A DNA stretch of 64,000 bases. It comes from an uncultured Gammaproteobacteria bacterium. GTDB taxonomy: Bacteria; Patescibacteriota; Microgenomatia; Daviesbacterales; UBA10151. Position 1 is the stretch's first letter; each line of letters begins with the position of its first letter. Positions 44,038 to 53,314 of the stretch are shown here, piece by piece. The notes under the pieces are model-generated. The model saw only the letters and a list, made by a program, of their open reading frames with translations, was not told where the DNA came from and made no database searches. The stretch covers positions 2,858 through 66,857 of the forward strand of contig CAYWKL010000002.1 in assembly GCA_964459095.1 (NCBI GenBank), given 5' to 3'. The translations under genes were made by a program, and so were the position numbers.

Positions 44038-44286
44038 TCATAATCGTTGTTTGGCGGATACCCTAGATTTTAGTCGAGTGGAGGAAACTAAACTTGAATT
44101 TACTTTGTCGCCTTTGAAGCAACCTTTAGGACAATACCTTACTGCTTCTTTATGGTTAAACTCAGTAGGGGTTTTGCAATATTTGCATTCCCTTACCCTT
44201 CCAAAAAAACCATCCATAGCACATTCTAAATTATATTCAATATCTCTTGCTCTTTTCCTTCTTAGTTTTTCTTTCTTGCTAATCAT
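44038..44286 (-). CDS. Zn-ribbon protein downstream of array 3
   Basis: CKYC...CPKGC; preceded by arm TTATGTTCAAT. Confidence 0.6.
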   Translation of the reverse strand: MISKKEKLRRKRARDIEYNLECAMDGFFGRVRECKYCKTPTEFNHKEAVRYCPKGCFKGDKVNSSLVSSTRLKSRVSAKQRL

Positions 44287-44328
44287 TGGAAACCTCCGAA
44301 TTTATTCGGATGGGAATTCTATTGAACA

Positions 44329-44479
44329 TAATTGTATATAATTTCACGAAGGTTTGCCCGAACCTTTACCCATACACATAGCACAATAAACCCTCATACC
44401 TTTTATTATTCGTTCACCTTTACCTTTACATCGAGGGCAAACTTTGGGCGAATCGGAATGAGCTGTAAAATTATTATTC
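44329..44479 (-). repeat. attC-like folded site D
   Basis: TAAT-tgtat-ataatttcacg-aaggtttgccc...gggcaaacttt-gggcgaatcggaatgagc-tgtaaaattat-tATTC; homologous to site B. Confidence 0.85.
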
Positions 44480-44637
44480 GGCGACTGAGGCGTAGCCGAA
44501 GCTTGAGGTTTTGAGAGAAAATCTTTTAATGACATCAGCCAATTATCTACATGGTCATAACTTAATCTATTCTCTTTTTCAAGCATTTCATATCTTTTAA
44601 ATGCGTCTTTTTCTTTGAAATATTTATTCCAATTCAT
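44344..44637 (-). CDS. hypothetical protein with DnaJ-like Zn finger encoded inside site D (cassette 3c)
   Basis: IR attcggcga..aggttttgagagaaaa / ttttctctcaaaacttttgcctaat. Confidence 0.65.
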   Translation of the reverse strand: MNWNKYFKEKDAFKRYEMLEKENRLSYDHVDNWLMSLKDFLSKPQASATPQSPNNNFTAHSDSPKVCPRCKGKGERIIKGMRVYCAMCMGKGSGKPS

Positions 44638-44657
44638 TTTCTCTCAAAACTTTTGCC

Positions 44658-44736
44658 TAATGTCAGGGTTTTACGAAGCCCTGAGCGTAGCGAAGGGTTT
44701 GGGAAAATCTGCGGATTTTCCGTAAAACCCTAATCA
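44658..44736 (-). repeat. attC-like folded site E (branched)
   Basis: Stem agggttttacg/cgtaaaaccct enclosing aagccct-gagcGTAgcga-agggttt and gaaaatct-gc-ggattttc. Confidence 0.85.
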
Positions 44737-45173
44737 AGCGACACCAAGTTATAGCGGTAGGTAGTGGAAACCGCCGAGCTTTGTATTTTTTCTAATTCAT
44801 CTAATTTATCCATAAGCAATAATATTGGAAATTTTCCTTTAACTTTAAAATTACAATTTAAGCCATCAATATTTTTAAGATTAAATAACTTAGGATACCA
44901 TTCTGAATTATATTTAGTAAAATTATAGGTATATTCTGTTTTCTCCTTATATTTCTCATTTACAAAATTAGCTTGGAAATCAACCCCAATAAAACCTGTG
45001 TTACAACTTCCTTCAAGTTCATAATCTGATAGTACCCCTTTCAATTTGAGTAATTCAGTTTTTGCATCCATTTCTTTTATTTTTAAAAATCCTAAAATAA
45101 TTATTGAACTAACTACCAAAATAGTGATTCCACACACAATAGATATACTCAAATAATTATTCTCTTTTTGCAT
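44730..45173 (-). CDS. TM-anchored protein (cassette 3b cargo)
   Basis: IR atcaagcgaca...aaaccgccgagct / agctcggcggttt...tatcgcttaat. Confidence 0.7.
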   Translation of the reverse strand: MQKENNYLSISIVCGITILVVSSIIILGFLKIKEMDAKTELLKLKGVLSDYELEGSCNTGFIGVDFQANFVNEKYKEKTEYTYNFTKYNSEWYPKLFNLKNIDGLNCNFKVKGKFPILLLMDKLDELEKIQSSAVSTTYRYNLVSLD

Positions 45174-45222
45174 TTTTTTCCTCCTTTTTCGTTAGCTCGG
45201 CGGTTTATGTTTTAATATCGCT

Positions 45223-45282
45223 TAATGTTCCCGATTTCAAGAATGTTTTAATTTAGGCGAAGCCGTCTTGAAATCGGAATTA
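45223..45282 (-). repeat. attC-like folded site F (minimal, 60 bp)
   Basis: Gene strand: TAAT tccga tttcaaga cggcttcgcc taaattaaaacat tcttgaaa tcgggaac ATTA. Confidence 0.88.
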
Positions 45283-45305
45283 TGCGATAGTAAACCCAAA
45301 ACCAT

Positions 45306-45458
45306 CTATCTTAATTTTTTTATAACTTCATCTTTTCCAACTCTGAAATAATCATATCCTAAAAACTTTACATAATATCCTTCTTTATCTTCTTTTTTTA
45401 CTTTTCTTATTGCAGTAAATTGCCCATAATTTGTTGATACATGGAATTTTATCTTCAT
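45306..45458 (-). CDS. 50-aa protein (cassette 3a cargo)
   Basis: Hand translation MKIKFHVSTNYGQFTAIRKVKKEDKEGYYVKFLGYDYFRVGKDEVIKKLR; IR ttatgcgatagtaaacccaaaac / gttttgggtttattttgcataa. Confidence 0.7.
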   Translation of the reverse strand: MKIKFHVSTNYGQFTAIRKVKKEDKEGYYVKFLGYDYFRVGKDEVIKKLR

Positions 45459-45483
45459 TTTTTATCATCTCCGTTTTGGGTTT

Positions 45484-45511
45484 ATTTTGCATAAGTTCCA
45501 GTATAACGCAA
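45484..45511 (-). repeat. Array-3 entry site G (attI/dif-like 11-6-11)
   Basis: Gene strand: TTGCGTTATAC TGGAAC TTATGCAAAAT. Confidence 0.6.
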
Positions 45512-45518
45512 CTCTATT

Positions 45519-45668
45519 CTAAATATTTATATTGATTTTTGATATGAACCTATCCATCCATATCCTTATCAGCTTACTCCTGTCATAGCCTCTTGTATCG
45601 CATATCTTCCCAAACTTCTCCCATTGCTGCGGGTAAACTGTGATTGTTCTTGATTTAAGCTTTTCCAT
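45519..45668 (-). CDS. Ribbon-helix-helix protein
   Basis: Hand translation MEKLKSRTITVYPQQWEKFGKICDTRGYDRSKLIRIWMDRFI...; TATA box at 45690-45697. Confidence 0.7.
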   Translation of the reverse strand: MEKLKSRTITVYPQQWEKFGKICDTRGYDRSKLIRIWMDRFISKININI

Positions 45669-45692
45669 AGTAATTAGGTATTACACTATTAT

Positions 45693-46922
45693 TTATATAG
45701 TTTTCGGTTTAATCCTTCTGTTACCCTCAATTCCTTTCTCTTCAAGTATCATAAACTTGCTTATCTCTCTGTTCAACCCAACATTGAGCATAGTCTTAAA
45801 AATCTGCTCAGGGCTGATTCCCATCGCCTCTCCCATCCTCCTGACTTGATTACCTTCTTCCGTGAGTTCAAGTATTATCTCCCCATCTTTCTCGATAACA
45901 TTCTTCACAAGATTTAGGCCGCCATCTGCTCTCTTCTTCCTGCCTAGCTCGTCATAAATCTTTAAGGGGTTGCCATCTTCAATCTCCAGTCTGCCTTTCT
46001 CAGTAAGCCTTATGCCTATCCTTTCCTTCTCAATATCATCTAAAGTCTTCCATTCATCAGCAGTATACTCCTTCCCATCCATAAATTCTATCCAGCCTTT
46101 CTTGATAGCTTCATAAATTCCGCCCATGACCATGCTTGAGATTGCTTTGTCAAGTGAAATATTCTCCTTATCTAACGATTTGTTTAGCTCATCCAAATAA
46201 TTAGTTACCCTCTCTTTGCCTTTTCCGTCGCTGTCATTAACCCTGAACTTTCCGTCTTTCTCCTCTATAAACCCCTTGGCTATCTGCTTATCCAAACTTT
46301 TATTTATCTCTTTCAGCGAGATGCCAAGCTGCTCAGCCAGCTCTTCCCTTGTGGTCCATTCAGTCATTCCTTTAATCAAATCCATGCTGGGTTTATTATT
46401 ATTATCAAAATGTTTTAAGTAATCCTCAACTCTTAGGAATCTCATTGACTCCTTTGACTTGAACTTTCCATTGTCCTCTTCCATCAGCCCATCATTTACA
46501 AGCTCAGAAACATGCTCATCAATCTTCTTTAAGGGCATCTTCATCATCTCAGCCACTTCTTTCTTTGTTACCCACCTGTCAAAGTGCAGAAATATATTTC
46601 TTTTGTTGTCATCCATGCCCAATACTCTCCTGCCCTTGTCAGTAATATTAAACCTGACTTTATTCTTAGAGGATGCAGGCAAAGAATCATATTCTTGTGC
46701 AGTCAGATTATCACCATTCAGATTAGGAGTGATAAACCCCCAATGTAAAGATGCTTTTATATTTTCATCAACCTCATCATCAGGTGTTGCGCCTTCAGGA
46801 TAAAAAATTACCCTATCCTTTACCCCTTTAGGCAGCCTTCTCAGTTCTTGTGTTGTCAATATCCGGTCTCCCAACTTTGCAATGATTCCTTTATCTTCGA
46901 CTATTGGTTTCATCTTTCTCAA
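45693..46922 (-). CDS. Protein with duplicated winged-helix-like modules
   Basis: Two W.T..E.AE...S/PLK.I......L/Q...G..EE..GKF units flanked by two G.I...G...TA.E...L......T.KGR units. Confidence 0.65.
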   Translation of the reverse strand: MRKMKPIVEDKGIIAKLGDRILTTQELRRLPKGVKDRVIFYPEGATPDDEVDENIKASLHWGFITPNLNGDNLTAQEYDSLPASSKNKVRFNITDKGRRVLGMDDNKRNIFLHFDRWVTKKEVAEMMKMPLKKIDEHVSELVNDGLMEEDNGKFKSKESMRFLRVEDYLKHFDNNNKPSMDLIKGMTEWTTREELAEQLGISLKEINKSLDKQIAKGFIEEKDGKFRVNDSDGKGKERVTNYLDELNKSLDKENISLDKAISSMVMGGIYEAIKKGWIEFMDGKEYTADEWKTLDDIEKERIGIRLTEKGRLEIEDGNPLKIYDELGRKKRADGGLNLVKNVIEKDGEIILELTEEGNQVRRMGEAMGISPEQIFKTMLNVGLNREISKFMILEEKGIEGNRRIKPKTI

Positions 46923-47206
46923 CCAATTCCTTTAAACCTATAACTATCCTTCTAGTTTTCTCAATTTCTTTGATAAGCATATTCACCCTCCCTACTATTG
47001 ATTCAAGAGTCTTCTCAACATTTATCCTCTTATAAGGGATTGCAACTTCCTGATACCCAACCTCTTTAGCAGTCTTCTCGCTCCCAACCCACCTAAACTT
47101 ATCAGTTATCCATCCATTCTTTAGAGCGGCTAATGTATGGTCGTCACTCAATAATCTTTTCTCACCTTTCTTCCCATAATTCAAATTATTTCCCGTGCAA
47201 TTTACT

Positions 47207-48268
47207 TCAAACATTTTCCCTATACCTCACTGCGTCTTTCTCGCGCTTCTTATCCATTATCTGATGCAACGGCTTCTTCAAAGGCTCAATGTCGTCATAA
47301 AATATATTTTCTTTCTTAAGCTGAACTATCCTCTCATCCTCCTTATCATCAGTCACTCTGTATACCCTCTTAACCAAAATGCCTTCACCCTTGATGAAAG
47401 GTTCAATCTTTATCCATTGCCCCTTCTTGCTCTTGTACCTGTCACTTGCCAGATACCTCATATGACCCCTCACATAAAATGAGTAATTATAATGCCTTCC
47501 GCTTAACCCTCCGCCTAAACTATCAATATACCTTTTCAAAGTTCCTGTCAGTTTTATGACATTTGAATCCGGCAGTGCCATCTTGCCTTCCTTGATTCTT
47601 CGTTGGATGTTCTTCTCCTCCCTCTTCCTTTCCACTATCTGAATTTCCCTATCGTTGATAAACACCAGCAAATTCATTATAAACTCTTTCAGAAATCTTA
47701 ATGTAACCTTATCATCATAAAAAATAGGAACATTTGTCCTGTCAATTATTATCTTGAACTCATCTATAAATAATTTGTCTCCATCCTGGCAGAGATAATG
47801 CACCCTGTAGCCCATACCTATCTTCTCAAATCTTATCCCTTTTGAATCCTCCTTGTTTACTATCACCGGGGTTTCTGTAATCATTATCCCTATTATCTTG
47901 TCAACCCCAATCTCGCAATCCTCACCGTTTATCTCAGTGTCCAGGAAAATTGCCTTGAATGGCAGCGTGACATTCCTGTAAAACTCCTTCGTCTGCGGCG
48001 GCTTGTTTAATATCAAATACCTCTTTATGATTGTGTCAATTTCAAACACGTGCGCCATCTCCAGCGCCATATCAATATTGCCAAACATCTCTTTTGATTT
48101 CTTGTGCTCGTATTGTTTAATCTTATCCTCCGTGTCAAGGCCAATCATCTTGTAATGCTTTAGCCTTATCTTATTCATCACGTGGATGTCCAAGGAATTC
48201 AATCCCGTTTCCTCAAAAGTCTTCTTTATGTCATTGTAAACATTCACAAACATCTGGTAGTTAATCAT
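47207..48268 (-). CDS. hypothetical phage-type protein with VRGHxR motif
   Basis: TLPF..IFLD ... FYVRGHMR......WI.IEPFIKG. Confidence 0.65.
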   Translation of the reverse strand: MINYQMFVNVYNDIKKTFEETGLNSLDIHVMNKIRLKHYKMIGLDTEDKIKQYEHKKSKEMFGNIDMALEMAHVFEIDTIIKRYLILNKPPQTKEFYRNVTLPFKAIFLDTEINGEDCEIGVDKIIGIMITETPVIVNKEDSKGIRFEKIGMGYRVHYLCQDGDKLFIDEFKIIIDRTNVPIFYDDKVTLRFLKEFIMNLLVFINDREIQIVERKREEKNIQRRIKEGKMALPDSNVIKLTGTLKRYIDSLGGGLSGRHYNYSFYVRGHMRYLASDRYKSKKGQWIKIEPFIKGEGILVKRVYRVTDDKEDERIVQLKKENIFYDDIEPLKKPLHQIMDKKREKDAVRYRENV

Positions 48269-48843
48269 CTTCCCATCCCCTTTCCTTTCCCATCACATAA
48301 CATAGGTGGATATCCCCCCTTCATTATTCTTACAATAACAAGTATGCACTGTTCCAACATACCCACTATCAAAATTTCCATAATATGATAGTTCATTACT
48401 TTTACATATCTCCTGGCAGGTTAATTTATAATTATCACCCACCCCACATGCATTTAACAATACTAACATCAGCAAAACTAATATTATTATTTTTTTCATC
48501 TTTCCTCCTTAATTTTCATCCTTCATCACTTCAACAACCCAAACAAAAGCAAAATGTTTATAATAATCATTGCAATCAGTATGCCTAAAAGGAAAGCAGA
48601 GCATATCCATAAAATAAAAACTTCTTTGAACTCCTTCAGGTTTTCAGGCACACCTTTCCAAATTTCCCACAATGGTTTATTTATCATCTCACCCCCCTTG
48701 AGTACACCACAAAATGAATTAAGTAAACAAATATAACCAAAACAATAGTCAGTATAACCATAGATTTCAACCAAAGCAAAGGATGTTTAACCATCTCAAG
48801 GGGGTTGTCCAAATAGGTTAAATAGCTATCATAATCCAACTTT

Positions 48844-49137
48844 TTAGTTTTCATCTTTCCTCCTCAGCTTCTCTGCGGCAATCAAACATACATTAATCAA
48901 ATCCAATAACTCCTGGTACTGCATCTCCTCAAACTCTTCCTCTTCCTTAAGCCTGCCGTCAGATACTGCTTTTAATGTATCCCTATACCTCCCTCTCCAT
49001 TCATGATACTCCTCCTTTACAAGATTTGCAATGACATCAAAGCTCATGCTCTTCCAGCTGTCCCCTTTCCTCTTCTTGTGCACCATCCACAGGTTATCAG
49101 CGTCTTCCAGCACCTTGTCAAAATTGTTCTCAAACAT
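48844..49137 (-). CDS. MazG-like all-alpha NTP pyrophosphatase
   Basis: EE..E ... ELLDL.NVC pattern. Confidence 0.5.
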   Translation of the reverse strand: MFENNFDKVLEDADNLWMVHKKRKGDSWKSMSFDVIANLVKEEYHEWRGRYRDTLKAVSDGRLKEEEEFEEMQYQELLDLINVCLIAAEKLRRKDEN

Positions 49138-50409
49138 TTCAGTTCACCTCTTTCTTAATAAAAACAAATGTTCCCTTTACTTTACCATAATTATATAAAA
49201 TTAGGTAGCCTACATAAACACATATGAAAAATAAGGCAATCACCATATCATAATTTAGATTGTAACCATTTTCTATATCAAATGGCAAAATCCAATTACT
49301 AATCATCCCAATCATAAAAATTGAAAAAATTAGATTAGGCAAAAACCATTCTTTAGGTTCAAATATCTCCTTACTACAATGTGGACATTTCATCTTTCAT
49401 CCACCTTTTCAAATCTTAAAATTTCCACATCAGAAAGCATTGAACCAACAATATATTTATGTGGTTTCTTAACATAACATGTTTTAGAATTTGACTTCTT
49501 TAAAATATTAATAAAACCTGGCTTAAAACTATCCACATCCAAATTCAAAATATCAAATCCTTTCTTCCTTAACAATCCTACAGCTTCACAATCTTCTTCT
49601 CTAACTACTTCTATACATTTCATCTTCTTTCACCTCTTCTCTTCAACATCGGTCTAACATATGCCCTAATGTTAAAAATACTATAATTGTTCCTATAACC
49701 ATTGATACCCTTGTCCAGATTATAGTCCATTCAAATATTAAATTGTATACCCCTGTTACTATCCAATCTAAGGTTCCAAATAAAATATTCGGAATAATCC
49801 ATACAACCCCCACAACGATAAACCCACATAAAAATAATACCAAAGCACTTAATGGAATCCCAATTATATATATAAAACTTCTAAAAAGCGTTCCCTTCCA
49901 ATCTAAATTCTTATTTATTACCATCTTTTATTCACCTCAAAATAATCTATCCGTCTACATCTTTGATAGTATACACTAGTATGCCTGTTATTGTCATGCC
50001 CTTTCTGCATCCCTCACAAAATAATCGGATGCTTGTTTGTTTATCTCTTCTGCGGTCAACATCAGTTAATCTAATATTTTCACTTTGACATAACGCACAT
50101 TCTTTCATCTTTCAGCCTCAAATTCAACACCAACCAATTTCTCTCCTTTGTATCTAACCCCTATAATCTTTATGTTACCATTCAACTCACTTATTCTTTC
50201 CCATAATATGTCTGGGTCTTTGCAAGTAATTTTAACCACCATTTTCTTTTTCACCTCATCCGCTTTCGCTAAATTCAATAATCTTCCCGCATTGCAGGCA
50301 TTTCCAGTCAAAATGCGAGAGGCTGTACACCCTAACTCTTTGAGGGAGTACCCTCTCCCTTATTATATGGCTGCAGTCGTTATCTTCTCCCATAATCTAC
50401 CTTTGATTT

Positions 50410-50440
50410 GTAATACCTAAACTTATATTTAAATCTTTCC
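50410..50440 (-). promoter_or_regulatory. TATA promoter with GTAWTAC operator
   Basis: gtaatacctaaactt is identical at 50410-50424 and 57283-57297, each just downstream of a TATA box. Confidence 0.6.
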
Positions 50441-50472
50441 ATTTTCAAAAACAAAAAGTATTTATACTAGTT

Positions 50473-50916
50473 ATGCTTATAAATAAAAATAATATTATAC
50501 ACGATAAAACGATGAACCATAATTTTGGCATTCACCTGACACTTGATATTGAAAACTGTGACGCCAAAAAACTTGTAGACAACAAACTCATTTACGCCTT
50601 GCTTAATAATCTTCCAGCGCAGTTTTCTATGAATAAGATGACTCTTCCCTACGTTGTGGAATGGAAGGACAAGTTTGCAGACACTCCGGGGATATCGGGA
50701 TTTGTGATGATTGCAGAGTCGCACATAAGCATACACACCTTTCCTGACCAGCGATACGCTTTCGTGGATATCTTCTCGTGCAACCATTTTGACGCCAAAG
50801 GCATGTCCCAAAGGATTATGAGAGAGCTTGGCTCCAGCAAGGCCGAGAAGCACGTGATAGAGCGCGGGAAGAACTTTGAAAGAAATATTGCTTCTCCTCC
50901 TGAAATACTTGTGTAA
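50473..50916 (+). CDS. speD: S-adenosylmethionine decarboxylase proenzyme (likely start 50512)
   Basis: FG.HLTLD..NC, GISGFVMIAESHISIHTFP...YAFVDIFSC (ES self-cleavage site). Confidence 0.95.
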   Translation: MLINKNNIIHDKTMNHNFGIHLTLDIENCDAKKLVDNKLIYALLNNLPAQFSMNKMTLPYVVEWKDKFADTPGISGFVMIAESHISIHTFPDQRYAFVDIFSCNHFDAKGMSQRIMRELGSSKAEKHVIERGKNFERNIASPPEILV

Positions 50917-53314
50917 TAAACCAAAATTATTTTTTTGCACGACCATGCAACGCGCATTTATACAAAATTCTTGCTTCCTTTTGGTTCAAATTCAATATTG
51001 ATGTAATCTCTGCAAAATCCTTCTTCTCGATATCTCTTAATTGGATGATTGTGTTCTTCAATTCTTGGCTCCACTTTGTATGATGTTTATGGGTTTTCCT
51101 ACTCTCTTTCAACTCCCTCTTAAGATTGACAATAATTCTCCTTAACATTTTATTCTCCTGCTTCAACTCTTTAATCAATAATTTGTTCATTTTTCCTCCT
51201 CATATATCTGTAATCTAAGTTCGGTTTTTGGATAGCAACTTCTTTATGTCTATCTCAAATGCCGAATAACTGAAAAATAATTCTGGATATTTTTCCCTCA
51301 ACATTCTGAATTCTGCTTGTGCATCGTCCTCTACTATTTGTAAATGGTTCCACTCTTCAGCATGCGCTCTCCTGAAATGCGCTTTAGCACTATCCTTAAA
51401 CTTATATTCCCCATTCGCCCTTATCACTGTTCCACAACTGCAAGTTTGTTCATATATCATCCTTCACCTCCACTCCACCAATGGCTTCCATTTTATTAAA
51501 CCGTAATTGAATGTCGTGCTGTTCAAGTAGCTTCTGATATCAAAGTCAGGGTTTCCGATAAACGAGTTAACCATCATGATATCTTGGCCTTCCTTGATTT
51601 CCTGCCTGAACACAAACAGCCTGCCATCCTCGGAAACCAAATCCGGATAGAACTCCACCTTATCCCTGAACTCGCACTTAAAGAATCTTATTTCCATCTC
51701 GTCTTTATCTATAACATTAATCAAATCAAGTATTCTGCCCCAGTCCAATCCAAGGTGCACGGACTTAAATAGTTTCTCCTCTTCCAGATTTCCGCTCTTC
51801 AGAACCTTAAAGTTATTCCTGATGCTGTTCTTCAAATCCAGCGTTTTGCCGTAGTCCACCCTAAACTGCTTCATATTAATCCTGCATGCAGCTACTACAT
51901 CTCCTATTATCTTAATTTCCATTGTTGGTACCTCACTCCTCTAATTGTCCTATTGCTTAATAGCCGATTGATTTTTTCGGCTATTATGTTTAGTGAGATT
52001 TTCTATCTTTTGTATTGCTTCTTTTTCAATTTGACACAATTTACAATTAGGGTCATTTCCAACATGAGGAACAAACTCTTCACCTTCAGATTCATGATAA
52101 CTCTCATTCCAAAAATCCCTTAATATTTGTCTTGCTTCTTTTATGTTCATATTTAATCCACCTCTTTATATTCCAACTTAGGATAATAAACAATTACTCT
52201 CCTTCCCATATTATCCGTTCTTGCGCCTTTCAGCCCTTTTGCAGCCGCAACCTCAATACATTCAGTTGCGTCTTCACAAACAATACCCCAGCACTCTTTA
52301 TCATCCATCCCTCTTCCACTATATCCCTCTCTAACATCGCCGCCAATCTCATCAGCAGTTTCTTTTAATGCTTCAATCATATCTTCTTGTTCCATAACAA
52401 CCTCCTTCCCTTTACTTCTTCCCACATCACATCATTCTTTATGATTATTTTAGCCTCATCAATTGTGTTGGTTAAATCTACATCTATCTTTCCATACCTC
52501 ACCCATTCATACAAATCACCCTTATTTAAAAAGGCAACATAACCGCCACCTTCCATCTGTATAAGAATGCTCCTCTTGCCATAAGTAAGCTTGGCAACCT
52601 TGCCATCAAGTTGCTCCCCCTCAAAATAATAAACATCAACTTCTCCTATTAATCTGCTTACAACTTTCCTCTTCAGTCTTTCAGCTGCATTCATTTCATT
52701 TCTAATTTCTTCTGAGCAACTTCTACAACTTTATTCACATTCTTCTCTGTGTTGTTATTCCTGTGTTTCTGCTCCTTCATCTTCTTCAAAATATTATACA
52801 GCCCAGTAGTATTAAGGCAATCAACACAGATATCAAACTCTTCCCTAAAGATGGTTGTGGATACTTTCTTCCCTGTCCTTATTATAATATCCGTATTTAT
52901 GTGCCCTGCGTGCATCTGGCTTCCACTTTCACATACCTTCCCGCACAAATCACAAATTTTAATGTACAGGTGTGTCATTATTTCCTCACCTCTTTAATTT
53001 TATTGAATTTGAAATATTAAAAATATATTCCACCCTTTGGCAAGTGGTATGGTCTTTCACATCACCATAAAGGATATTACTTATCTCTTCAGTAAGATTG
53101 TCGCTTGAAGTCAGATAATCTACAGTTAAATCTTCTGGGAATACATCAAGGACAACAAAATCCTTGTAGCTGTCCTTATCTCTTTCAATCCACCCATAAA
53201 ATCTTAGCCTTCTTTGTTTGTTGTAAACAGTATCAACAAACCTGTCCCAATAAACAAAATTTAAATCACTCAGGCATCTCTTAACAAAATCATACTGCTC
53301 TTTTGTAAGAATGT

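Noticed and set aside
35381-45511. Repeats interpreted as a CRISPR array or DGR template/variable repeats
   Set aside because: Spacing is gene-sized and irregular, no cas or reverse transcriptase gene is present, and there is no adenine-specific mismatch pattern.
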